From NCBI GenBank assembly GCA_051294375.1, contig CM119263.1, positions 13,842,414 through 13,906,413 of the forward strand: a stretch of 64,000 nucleotides of DNA, in the 5' to 3' direction. A program made the translations under genes and the position numbers. The stretch is from Paraspadella gotoi. Taxonomy: Eukaryota; Animalia; Chaetognatha. Positions 46,166 to 58,095 of this stretch are shown here, in pieces; the first letter of the stretch is position 1; every line of letters starts with the position of its first letter. The notes under the pieces are model-generated. The model was given only the letters and a program-made list of their open reading frames with translations. It was not told where the DNA came from and did not search any database.

Positions 46166-48760
46166 TTTGTTTAAAAAAGTGCTAAAAGAAAAAAAAATTG
46201 AATTTAAAAACAGTGAGTTGGAAAATGAAACCCAATTTTAATAGTCAACTTTCTCCACTCATTGACACTGATTAATATAAAATTTGCACACATAAATGAT
46301 TTTAATATTTTCTACTCAACTAATTTTTAAAATCAATGAAACAGTGACTGGTTTGCAAATGACAGCGTTTTTTTACCGGCGCTTGTAAAATTGTCACCAT
46401 GTACTATAAAACTTAAATGACTAGAAAGATTTTCCTATAACTTATATATAGATTTCTCTTTCAAAAATCACATTTCCCATTTATAATGTCTAATGTCTAA
46501 TTGCTGGACCGATTTTCTTTTAACTTACATATATGGATTCCAATTTGACAAGATGCATAAAATGTGCGCTATTTAATATTTAAGAATTGCTTCTTTTTTG
46601 CACAGGACGAGTGTGGAGCACATAGTCATAAGAACAAAAATAGAAGTCTAAGATAGAATATTATCTGGCTAATGGTTTCATCATAAGGCGTAAAAAGTAT
46701 TTTCTTTATATTGTGATGGGAAATAAAATCTTAAGTCACAAGTAATTAATCATCTGATAAAGCGGCAAGTCAAAACTGCCTCAACACCCACTATTTCATA
46801 AGTCCCGATGGCATAGCGGGTTAACGCTGCATCGTAACAGTGTAACGTAACAGACTTCCGTTGGCAAAAGTTGTTTTGTAAAAAAGTTTCTGTTCAAATA
46901 TTTGTTTGGAGAGCAAAAAGTTAAAGGTTGGTTTTTAATCAATAGCGAAAATAATTTAAACCGAGATATACTCATCAATACCCAGTAGAAAATTTTAAAT
47001 TTTCTTCAACAATAGCGCCTATTTGAGATTGCCTGATGGGCCTTAAATGGTAAACCGACAATAAAATTGTGCGCTGATATCATTTGCTTCTTTTCAATGA
47101 TTTTATTTTACTTGAAAGGAGACTGAAATGGAAAAACATCTTTGAAGCATTTTATGTAGGAGACTTGATTTTTCCATTTCATTTTCACAATGATTTAAAA
47201 ATATTTTAGAAAAATTTTAACTAGTCATTGCAGTATTGTTCACTATCCCGAGTACATCAATCATTCCTGTCTTCTTAATCATTTCAGTTCATCCATGTTT
47301 TCATCTATTTTCTTGAATATTTTAAAAGAACTATGGGAATCATCAATTTGAACAAAATGATAAAAAACAAAAATTAAAATGTTACATTTGATAACATGTT
47401 AAAGCTAAAAATAAATCTTCTTTAAATTTTTTGTTAATATTTTCACCATTATATATTTTAGTAATCAAATATAAATATTTTTAATTTAGATTTCAATTCA
47501 ATTTATGGTGCTATAAAGAAATCTCTTTTCTACACTTTTAGCATGCCTTGTTCAAGCAATTCCTAAAATTAATCAAGAATTAGCACTGAATCAGTTATAC
47601 CAAGTCGCTCATTAATCTTACTCACGGTCATTTTAACTTTTGTTATTAGTTTATAAAGATATAGTACTCATGGATTGTTACAATCCTCATCACCTATGAA
47701 TGAACATACAATAACATCAAAATCGAAAAATCAAACATTCATTAATGAAATCTACTCCAGTTCTGCTACCTTGGAAAAGTAGGACGTTTGACTGTATGTA
47801 TTATATACTGTAACAGGCGTTGATTTTACATTTGAAAAATTTCGTATTAATGGGCATCGATAATTTTAATCTTGCTTCATAAATTGTTCTCCACATGAAA
47901 AACTACAAAATCTATTTTTTCCATCCATTTCTCGTATTATTTTTTGCGAGGTGGCATGCAGATCTATAGCAGGTATACTTCATGACGCATGGAATATCTG
48001 TGACCAGTGACCACAACTTACATTTTTTAACCAACCTTTGTTCGACCTCTGTAGTAATACTTCTGAACCCTAAACCGGAACACTGATTTACCAAGTTATA
48101 TTTGTCCAGATCACTGGTGTTTTAAATAGTTAACTCTATTAATAAATAATATAAAATGTACTTTGAATTTCTAAACATTGTTATAAGATACATAAAGAAT
48201 ACAGAGTGACCATCGGGTTTAAGTCAATAATTGTTCGTGACCGAGTTTTTAAATTTTATGACGATGTCTTCGACACGACCGTTTTGAAAACTTTTGGATT
48301 CGTTTTTTATAGACCACCAATAGCGTGAGAAATAGATTCCAACATTCCTCAACTGTATGCTGAACTCTAGATTGAATAAAAGATCCCAACAGAGAATTTA
48401 ACCATCAGAATAAAAACTTTATTTAAAAAACACGTCGTCAAAACTTATCAAAGAGTCATCGTTAATTCTTTTATTATATTTTCATACATGGATCGGATTG
48501 AATGATAGTTTTTACATAACAGTCATGTTGCTTGTTTTACATTAAACTTATTTCGATTTGACCGTTTCCGCTTACTTGTCATTTTTTTGTGTGAATAAAA
48601 AAATACATACAAAATACATTAGTTGATTTATTTATAAATAAGAGTAGTTTAAACCAGTGATCACTGATCAGACAGAGCAAGAATTTTGGTCACAAGAAAA
48701 AGATTTATACAAGAGGGTAACGTGAATAAGTTTTTCCATGAGACTGAGGGTGGAGCAGGA

Positions 48761-48940
48761 AAAGCTTGAGACATGGTGCCTCTATGTATCATCGTTTCTA
48801 CTTTGGGTAGGATTTGTTATCCTGCGATGGTATATAAACTATAAAATTAAAGCTTGAGACATGGTGCCTCTATATATCATCGTTTCTACTTTGGGTAGGA
48901 TTTGTTATCCTGCGATGGTATGTAAATTATAAAATTAAAG
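48761..48940. repeat. 88-bp tandem duplication (2 copies)
   Basis: AAAGCTTGAGACATGGTGCCTCTAT... starts at 48761 and at 48849, with about 3 mismatches. Confidence 0.95.
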
Positions 48941-49259
48941 TCCTTTACAAAAATTTTGAGCACAAGTCAACAATAACAGAAATTAAGTTCTATTTGAAAG
49001 TGAAAATGGACATGATTTTTTTTACTAAATGTAGCAAATATTGTACTTTTTTATCATTAGAAACAGGAGGATATGATTTTAACCAATCCCTAGTTCGGCC
49101 CGATTTGTATTGTGGTACAAATTAAATTAATATTGTAAGTACCAACTGAACAATATTGGAAAAGCTAAATTCGACGTTTGTAAGCGGAAACGAAAGCCAT
49201 CTCCAGCTATTTCTAATGATATAGTAAGAATAACATTTTCGCAACTTTTAAAAAAAAAT

Positions 49260-52110
49260 ATTGCCCATTTTTGTTCATTTTCACTTTCGTCTTCTGATTT
49301 GAATGGCAAGGAAAATTTTTTGTTACTTTGGATTTCGGTTTTTCTACATCTTCTTCACCCCTGAGTAAATTTATTTCCCTATATCATGCATAGTTCACTT
49401 ATGAATTAATTTTAAAGTTGACAAGTCAAAAAGTCGCCGTTTTAGTTTTTATTATAATTTATTAAACATAGTATAAATTGGTTTAAACTAACAGAAAATA
49501 TAGCCCACAGAATAAGCATTTAAGATCTACAAAATTGTCAAAGAAACTTTTTTCGTTTAGCCATAAATAATTTTTAATGAAGACAATTAATTCATGAATT
49601 TTTGTTTGTTTTAATAAAGATAAGATTTTAAATTAATTTTATAGTTTTAACAGATGAGATACATACTGACGTTAATAAAACAAAAAAAACCGCATGTTAA
49701 TTTTTTTCTTTGAATCGACAAGATTTTGCGAAAAATTTACTAATTCTGCTAGGCTACCAAAATTTAAATAAAATCATGTGCTACTGTCAATTTCTTTTCT
49801 TATAATGCATATTAAGAAATTTTTTTTATTTGGGTCAATGTAAATGCAGAAAATTAACGAAAACTGAGATCAAAAGAGATGATAATTATTTAAGTTCAGA
49901 AATCATTGTCTAAAAAGAGTTCGATCGTACGTGGAGCCTCATGGAAGTCAGGAAGAAAATACAAATAATAAAAAATAATAAAAAAATAATAAAAAAATAC
50001 ACTAATAATGAGTGATATGAAAACAATGTGAATACGATATGAATATATTATCTTGATGAACCGATTATGTCAAGAAAAAGAAAGCGTTTATATTTTTTAA
50101 AATTTATTTATTTTGGGAGGGTTGCCTTTAATTTAATAGTTTAAACGTCGTAATTGGTAATTCACTAATTGGTAATTTTGGTTGTACCAATTTTATATGG
50201 AAAGAAGCAAGAGGCGTCACCTTGCGCGAACTTGGCCTTGCTCTTTTGTTGTCCAGTTTTACCTTTTAAATTCCCCGCGCTATTTCTTTTGTTTGCTAAC
50301 AACCCCATTTCGTTATTACTCCTCCTCTCTCACTCGCTCTTGCTTTTCTCATAAAACTTACTTTAGTTTTCATCTTTTTGTATTTTGTATTTTGTTTTAA
50401 ATTTTGATGCCCCGTTTGGACGACCAGTCTACCTCATTTGTTTTGTCTTTTTTTCTTTTCAGAAAAAAAAAAAATTTCATCTTCTGATAAACCGAGACCA
50501 TGATCAAACTCTGTAACTTACCGTCAAAGTTTATCAGCATCTTCCATAAAATATATACTATATATATACAATGTTTATATATATTTATATATATACAATG
50601 TTTTCCGAGTTTTTATTTCCGAGTTTTGAAGCCTCCGAGTTCTTTGCAAGGATGTACCTTGATCACGGCGTACGATGCACCAAGCTGTTAGGACCCGCCG
50701 TATTGAATAATAAGTGGTCGTCAGGACTTTACACGTCCTCCTAAAACGCCCCCGAGAATATTCGAAGAATATTTGAGGAAACTCCTCAACCTCGGCGAGA
50801 TGCTTCGGTAGTCCAGAGATTCTTCAAAGGCATGATTTGGTGGCTTGAGCAGATCGACGATCAAATAGTCTCTTTATTTCTCTGAGTTTATGAAGAGTTT
50901 AAAAAGGTACCTTAATAAAATAATCAAGAACATATAGATATTCAACAGTACAATAAAGAATAATTATGAAAATTATTATTTAAACACTCAAAAAAATTAC
51001 AAAAATCAGTATAAACTCAAAAACCAATGAATAAACTAAAGCACGAATGACGAAATGATCCAAACGATAAATCCTTGTGACGAAGTAAAGTTCGAACTCA
51101 GATATCGCGATTCAACTTGTACTTTTTCTTCCTCTACAGACGCTACACGTTCCGCTCGTACATTATAACTTTGTTCATACTCATACTATCTTTAAAAAAA
51201 TAAAGAAAAAGCAATACGGTTTTTTTTAGTTTTACAATTGCTTTTTCAATCTTGCAAATTTATGAAATTTTTGTCTTAGGCAGTGATTTCTATCGAGGAA
51301 TTAAGCAAAAAAACCACTTTTTGCCATATTGCTAGAATATTACCAACAATATTGATTAAATTTGAATCCTAAGACAAAGAGGGCTGGACTAACGGATTAA
51401 TTCAAGTCATCTGCTGCATTTTCTAATCTGGAATAAATACCATTTTTGCTACTTTTAATAAAAAAAATAATGTCCATTTTTTGTCCATTTTGACTTTTGT
51501 CTTGACATTTGAACGTCAAGATGAAGAAAAATCTTTTACTCCGGATTTCGGGTCCTTTTATCTTCTTTACCTCTGAGTTGTTTCATTTGACATTGATCAT
51601 CTATTGTTTGTCTATGAATTAATTTTTAAATTGACTAGTGAAAAACTTACACATTTTTTATATTTTAGTACAATTTGTTAAACGAAAATACTTCAAAATG
51701 TCCACAATTATGCTCAAATATTCCCTATCAAACGGTGCTTCTGGTACCGTAAAAAATATGTCAAAAAATTTAATACTTTTGCTGCAAAATAATTTTTTAA
51801 GCCTACTTTTTAATTTGTGAGGATTTGTGAGGAGCGTTTTATTTGAACTAAAGCTCGATTTTTGACTTATTTTATAGTTTTAATAGATGAGAAACACACT
51901 AAGGTGGAAAAATGAAAAAAACCGCCTTCTTTTAATGTAAGGGGAAGCGTCAGTAAATTAATTTCTCTCAATCGACAGGTTTTTGCGGAAAAAATTTCCG
52001 CAAATTCTGTTGATTTTTTAAATCTGCTAGGCAACCAAACTTTGATAAAAATCATACGCTACCCAATATTTTTTTTCTTACAATACATTTTAAAGATTTT
52101 TTATACGTCT
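49260..52110 (+). repeat. Two diverged copies of a ~600-bp AT-rich repeat (49260-49830 and 51475-52110)
   Basis: Collinear blocks: TTTTGT.CATTTT.ACTTT.GTCTT, GGATTTCGG, TATGAATTAATTTT, AATCGACA.G.TTTTGCG, TCTGCTAGGC.ACCAAA and ATAAAATCAT..GCTAC. Confidence 0.75.
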
Positions 52111-53132
52111 AGTATGATATAAAATGCAAAAAATGAGTGAGAATGAGAAAAAGAGAAGAGAAGAGAGAGGCATGGGTGAAAAAAAAGTTTCAGGGAGAGA
52201 GAAAAAAGAGTGGAAATAAATTAATATATGGGGAGAAGGGAAAACGAAAACAATTTAGAGAAAAAGAAAAGATAAGAAAGAGGGAAGAAAGAGAATCAGA
52301 GAGGGAGAGATAAGCAGAGATAGAGAGGAAGGAATAAAGTAAAGGAAAGAAAAGAAGGGATGACACAGAGAAATATGATGACAGAAAAGTCGGAGAAAAG
52401 GGAGAGAAAGATAGAGAGAAAAAGAGAGGGACAGAGAGAAGGTTAAAGAGAGAAAAAAAAAAATTGGAAAATTTGTTTTAAAATATAGTGTGCCTTTTTT
52501 TGCCTAATATCTAAAAAACACGATAGATCTGACAAGCAATTTAATCTTTAAAAAGTTGCCCTTACCATAAAAAATCGTTTGTTTCTTCTTAATAAGGGCA
52601 GATACCATAAATAGAATGATTAACGTAAAAGAAATTATGTCTTACCGTATTTTGAAAGCATAGAAATTCTCCCATGAGTTCTATTGTTATAAGGAGAAGA
52701 TAACTATAGCCAACCGTTTTTTTTAAATAAAGCGTGTGTTATATTAATCGGTGGAAAAAAATAAATAATAGTTATATAAGTTCAATTTCATTGTTGAAAA
52801 TACCCGTATAGAAATCACTGCCCTTATCTTTTTCCTTTCAGAAAAAAAAATATTATTGCTAATTTGGACGACCAAACTCCCTCATTTACTTTGTCTTTTT
52901 CTTTGCAGAAAAAAAAATGATGGTCAAATATGCATACTGATGGTAAAAACTATTCCAGCTCCAACCTTTGCTCATATTTCAGTTGTGCCTTTATCATATT
53001 TAATTTTTTATTAATATTATTATAGTTTCAGATTTTTTCTTGTTAAATACTTGGGGAAAACCAAGTTTTCATTTAAGCAAAATGACTTATTGGGAAATTT
53101 GTAACTAGGTCACACAAGCTATTCGGAGAAAG

Positions 53133-55595
53133 ATGCAAGAAACGGATAAGAAAACTACTTTGACGAGGGCGTCTACCATGCCTGTTACGAACACGCGTCC
53201 GATCCTTGAGAAGAGCGTAAACCATCCAGAGAGAGGCGCGCTTTTCTATACGAATCCCGACTCTCATCTGGAGAGCGAAGAACTGACCGATTCGCAGCAG
53301 CAGGTCTCTCCAACTCGTGGTCGGACCCGCTCGTTCGGCTCTCGTCGGTCTCCCCGTCGGAGTCGGCGGCCCCCGAGTGTGTCTTCGGCGGAGAATCTAT
53401 CCGAGTCCAACGACTCTCGGATAGACGTCGCTTATCAACCGAAAATTCTGAAAAACGAATGCCCCACCTCGTTGCCTACGCACTGCAACGTCAACGAGGC
53501 TAAAATCCTAGTCATCTATACGGGAGGAACCATCGGTATGACTTGTAAAAACGGAGTCTATTCCCCCGAACCAGATTTCATCGTTCGCAAACTTCGCAAT
53601 ATGCCGATGCTTAATGACCGCGACTACTCGACGCAGTTTATTTCTCAGACGGCTTCGACTGGGGATGCTTCTAATGAATTGAACGATCCGAGAGAAGACG
53701 ACGATGAGGAATATCTACCCCTCGCATTGCCCGAGTCTCGCCTCGGCAAAAGGATCGTATATGTGATCTACGAGTATGAGCCATTGCTCGACTCCTCCAA
53801 CATGACTATGGATGATTGGGTGCGGATTGCCGCCGACATTGAACTCTCATACGAAGGATTCGACGGGTTCGTTATTCTCCACGGAACCGACACGATGGCC
53901 TACACAGCGGCAGCTTTGAGTTTTATGCTGGAAAACCTCGGTAAACCCGTAATTCTTACCGGATCTCAGATTCCCATCTGCGAGATGCGATCGGATGGGA
54001 GGGACAACCTCCTTGGTGCCCTCTATATGGCTGGTCATTATTGTATTCCCGAGGTCTGTCTGTACTTCAACTCCAAGCTAATGCGAGGAAATCGAACCTC
54101 AAAGGTATCGACCAATAGGTTAGATGCCTTCGACACGCCCAATCAACTCCCGCTTGCCGTGCTTGAGGTGGACGTACAGGTCAACTGGGATATCGTCATT
54201 CCATCTCTTCCTTTTAAATTTCGCGCTCACAAGATGCTAAACCGCCACGTTGGAATCCTACGTCTTTTTCCTTCCATTTCTACCGAACTTGTCTTGACCT
54301 ACCTTCAACCCCCGATGGCAGGCGTTGTTTTACAGACTTATGGTATGGGAAATGCGCCGGACAATCGGGGGGACATAATCGAAGCGATGAAGGAAGCGAC
54401 GGCGCGTGGGGTTATCATCGTTAATATTAGCCAGTGTCCTCGTGGGGAAGTCGCGTCTACTTACGCCGTAAGCGCCGCTCTCGTCGAGGCGGGAGTTATC
54501 GCCGGCGTGGACATGACGCCGGAAACAGCGCTGGCAAAACTCAGCTATGTGCTTTCTAAGGAGGACTGGAACCAGGAGACGAAACGCCGTAAGATGACGG
54601 AGTCTCTCAGGGGCGAAATGCGCGTTGCCAAGTCGGTGCCCGACGCACCTCTAACATCGGCCTCCGGTGTCACAGACCTCTTGTCCAAGCTGGCCTCCGC
54701 ACTCAATTTTCGATCTCAGGAGGAGATTCATCGTCTTAAGTCCTCCCTCATTCCGTCGCTGATGAGTCAAGCGGTGAGGAGCAAGGACTTAGAGACGCTG
54801 ACTAGCCTCTACGAGACACTGGGGACCTACAACATACCAACCATGGATGGCCGGACGTTGCTACACGTTTCCGCTTTTGAAGGTTCCCTCTCTATGTCGC
54901 GCCATCTTCTTGAATACGGCGCGTCCGTGCATGTGCGCGACGCCTTTGGACGTTCGCCACTGATTGACGCGATCGAAAGAAAGCGCCTCGACGTGGTGTC
55001 ACTTCTACGAGATGCTGGAGCTCACCTCGCCGACGCCGGTTATGGTGCTACGCACGGGGTTCAACTCTGTGCCGCCGTGGGAAACAAAGACGTTAAGCTT
55101 CTACGTTGTTGGCTGAAGGCGGGAGCAGATGCAAACGAAGCCGACTATGCGAAGTCCCGTCCGTTGCACGTGGCTGCTCGACTTGCGTCTTGCCCAGAAA
55201 TAGTCGATGTTTTATTAAAGAGCGGAGCCAGAACCAATGTGTCCGACGGTAACGGTAACACGCCTTTAGACCTTCTTCTTTCTATCCCTATGGAAAACCG
55301 CGAAGAAAGCTGGAAGTTGATTTACGATCTAATATCGAAATGGGACCAAGAAGGAGTCCCTGTATCAAATTCACTAAGCCTAAAAAAAATCAACGAAGAC
55401 GACGAAGATGCGACCGATAATCAGGGAGAAAGCCTAGCTGACGACGAACCGGAAGGCCATGATCCGGTCAGGTTTTGGTTGAGCGACAACGATGTCGATT
55501 CGGAAAATGACGGAGCTTCCTCTAAAAGGAGGACTCGTCACGATACCGTCAAAAGTGCCGAGGAAAACGACAATGCCGAAAAAGAATGTCGATAA
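53133..55595 (+). CDS. ASPG: Type I L-asparaginase with C-terminal ankyrin repeats (60-kDa lysophospholipase-like), 820 aa, intronless CDS
   Basis: Catalytic motifs ILVIYTGGTIGM and GFVILHGTDTMAY, plus LLDSSNMT, PVILTGSQIP, RGNRTSK and TYGMGNAP; ankyrin repeats DGRTLLHVSA, FGRSPLIDA, SRPLHVAA and GNTPLD. Confidence 0.96.
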   Translation: MQETDKKTTLTRASTMPVTNTRPILEKSVNHPERGALFYTNPDSHLESEELTDSQQQVSPTRGRTRSFGSRRSPRRSRRPPSVSSAENLSESNDSRIDVAYQPKILKNECPTSLPTHCNVNEAKILVIYTGGTIGMTCKNGVYSPEPDFIVRKLRNMPMLNDRDYSTQFISQTASTGDASNELNDPREDDDEEYLPLALPESRLGKRIVYVIYEYEPLLDSSNMTMDDWVRIAADIELSYEGFDGFVILHGTDTMAYTAAALSFMLENLGKPVILTGSQIPICEMRSDGRDNLLGALYMAGHYCIPEVCLYFNSKLMRGNRTSKVSTNRLDAFDTPNQLPLAVLEVDVQVNWDIVIPSLPFKFRAHKMLNRHVGILRLFPSISTELVLTYLQPPMAGVVLQTYGMGNAPDNRGDIIEAMKEATARGVIIVNISQCPRGEVASTYAVSAALVEAGVIAGVDMTPETALAKLSYVLSKEDWNQETKRRKMTESLRGEMRVAKSVPDAPLTSASGVTDLLSKLASALNFRSQEEIHRLKSSLIPSLMSQAVRSKDLETLTSLYETLGTYNIPTMDGRTLLHVSAFEGSLSMSRHLLEYGASVHVRDAFGRSPLIDAIERKRLDVVSLLRDAGAHLADAGYGATHGVQLCAAVGNKDVKLLRCWLKAGADANEADYAKSRPLHVAARLASCPEIVDVLLKSGARTNVSDGNGNTPLDLLLSIPMENREESWKLIYDLISKWDQEGVPVSNSLSLKKINEDDEDATDNQGESLADDEPEGHDPVRFWLSDNDVDSENDGASSKRRTRHDTVKSAEENDNAEKECR

Positions 55596-56276
55596 ATTAT
55601 TTTCGCTTTTAAAATAATTTATACCCGAATTGATCACGGTTACAAATTATAGCGAATTTTGCGACACCTGCTCAACTTTACTTTATTTGGTTTTTTGATT
55701 TGCACGAAACTTGCAGTCTGGCGTCTCTCGGTTTTTTTTTTTATTTTGTGAAGGAATTTTTTTTATACGTATTATTTTTATTTTCTTGTTTTATACTTTT
55801 TTTTATTATTTATTTTACGTAAAACAAAATTAGAAAGAAGCATTAGTTTTTGTACGTCGTAGCGAAAAACTAGTCCATTCACAATTAATTATATATTATT
55901 TTTTGTGAAATTGGGAAGCTCGGTTCAAAACTTTTTTTTTGGTTTACTTTACAGTGGCGAGATTAGTACGCCGTTTTCACGTTTACTCATAGCTTGGCTC
56001 GTTAGCAGTAATTACTATTATTAATTCAGAAATTGGACGTTCGCGTAAAATTGTACATCCTGCAGATCTTTTAGTTTTACTCTTCGGAAGTTGGGGTTTT
56101 GGTTTGCACAAGATGTCGAGAAGATCAAGATATAACGTAGTGACAATTAAATCACGAAAATTGGTGATTTGGCCACAGTAATTTAATATAAAATCGATAA
56201 AATTTTCGAATAATTAAATATAAATCCCAATATTATTATCTCTATAAAGCTTCTCCAATTTTGGCAAAACTGATTG

Positions 56277-56362
56277 TATGAAATTGGTACAACCAATATA
56301 AAAATTATCCATTCATTTAATAAATAAGCTATCTTGCCCCTGACTTTGGACAGGCTTTGGTG
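56277..56362 (-). repeat. Dispersed repeat family B copy
   Basis: Reverse complement of 23013-23098. Confidence 0.9.
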
Positions 56363-57267
56363 GTTTAAGGCCTCCATCACTCTTACAAGATAATGTATGT
56401 ATGTAATTTTGTTTATTTAATTTATTTTGAAAATAAAGTACTGCGAAGGTATTTATTTTTCAATTGATCTCGCAACTCATCTTCTGCTCGATCGAAGTAT
56501 GATGCTAGTACGACCAACGTTACCAACGAATTAAACTAAATAATACTTTTCCACTCCTTAATTGTTCTTTTTTTATTTATTAATTTCTGAACAATTTGGC
56601 AGAATTTTACATTCGCCGACAAGGGTTATTGGTGGTTATAGCTGAGTTCGGATTAGGGGTAATTTAGGATTTGATTAATTAGGTAATGTTTTTTATAGTA
56701 ATAAAATAAATATAGTCATAAGAAGCGAAAATCCAAGACGGCGATTGTAAAATTAATATTATTTAAAAATTTTAAAGCTTTAAATGACTGATACATGATT
56801 AGAGAAATACCATTACCAAGAGATTGAATTCAGTACGTCAAAATAAGACTAGATTACTGAAACGTTCAGCCATTTCGCCAGGGCTTTAAAAGAATGAATA
56901 TTTAAATTTTTTTATGACTTTGAGTATAGATTATGTATGAGTTTTCCTACCTACTATCCTAGACAATTTGAAGCTATTATGATTACCAAGTAAGAGTATT
57001 AATTAATTATTAATTAGTTATTAATAACTTACGTAACTTAGACCCTTGAACATTAATAAAAAAATAAAAATTGTATTTCGAACACCACTTCGCAGAAGTG
57101 CAAGCGTTAATCTCTAATGTCACATTGCTTAATTTCACGTTGCTAAATTTCACATAGCCTGAGGTGAATTAACTGTTATGATAATTTTATCAATTTTAAG
57201 ACTCGCTTTTGAGCTCGCAAGAAAGATGAAATTGAAAATTTGAAGCTTGAAGCTTTGGTATTCGCCG

Positions 57268-57672
57268 TTTTTATCGTCGCAATCGTTAAGCGTTTGCTTC
57301 GATATTGTAACGCTTTTGCGCATAAGTGGGGTCGTCGTCGTTGTCGGCGTTATCGGCGTTCCAAGCGTTCCAAATTATAGATCGCCTCTTTTCTATTCTT
57401 TCTTTTCTTTTTCTTTTTTATTTTTCCTTTCTATTTTTCCTTTCCTTTCTATTCTTTCTTTCTTTTCTATTCTTTTTTTCCTTTCTATTCATTCTTTCTT
57501 TTCTATTCATTCTTTCCTTCCTATTCTTTCTTTATATTTATTTTTTTCTTTTCTTTCTGTTTATAAATTAATTTTCTTTTCTCAAATTTGATTTTTTTAA
57601 TATCAAAATTTGTCGTCAATCCAGATTTTTCTTATGCGATTGCGACGATCCTTATGCTTTTAAGATTTTTTT
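57268..57672 (+). mobile_element. HINE/DINE-1-like element, second family, in the probable 5'UTR intron (57258-57733) of RPP14
   Basis: Subterminal inverted repeats ATCGTCGCAAT...ATTGCGACGAT; core TATTGTAACGCTTTTGCGCATAAGTGG plus (GTC)n shared with 61558-62532; 3' stem-loop ATCCTTATGCTTTTAAGAT followed by a T-run. Confidence 0.8.
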
Positions 57673-57744
57673 CTTTGTTAGGATATTATATATAAACTCG
57701 AGGATCAAACCAAAAATTTAATTTACTCTGTAGAAATCTCGAAA

Positions 57745-58038
57745 ATGAAATCTTCTTACGTCTTTCTAAACATTCGTATTGTTTCGTTGAATTCTGACGA
57801 TACTAATAAACCAAGCGTCCACGATGCTTCTCACTTAGTTCAATTATTGAAAGATGCCGCTTCGGAAACTTTCGGGCAGCTTTCGGGCGTATTTGACTTC
57901 GAGATCGTCGAGTTTCGTCCCGATGGCGGCGCAACGGTCAAGGTCGCAGCTTCAGACGCCAATCGATTCTGGAGTGCGTTAACTCTCTCTAATGCAACCG
58001 ACAGCGTTTTCACTATAGTCGGATCAAACCAAGTTTGA
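57745..58038 (+). CDS. RPP14: RNase P subunit RPP14 (Rpp14/Pop5 family), 97 aa
   Basis: YVFLNIRI...VQLLKDAASETFGQL...FEIVEF...ATVKV...RFWSALTL matches the RPP14 pattern as I recall it (QLL..A...FG, LWSSLTL). AAAATG start lies 11 nt after acceptor ctctgtag (57733). Confidence 0.75.
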   Translation: MKSSYVFLNIRIVSLNSDDTNKPSVHDASHLVQLLKDAASETFGQLSGVFDFEIVEFRPDGGATVKVAASDANRFWSALTLSNATDSVFTIVGSNQV

Positions 58039-58095
58039 TTCGATGAAGCTTTTACCAAGATTTGCTCGCATATAAAAAACATAAAACGACCCGCT

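Noticed and set aside
48200-48480. LINE reverse-transcriptase remnant on the minus strand
   Set aside because: Only a vague resemblance; no diagnostic KAFD, QG or YADD motif was found.
53133-55595. Bacterial horizontal transfer of the intronless asparaginase
   Set aside because: The asparaginase-plus-ankyrin architecture is the eukaryotic ASPG type, and its base composition resembles neighbouring host exons.
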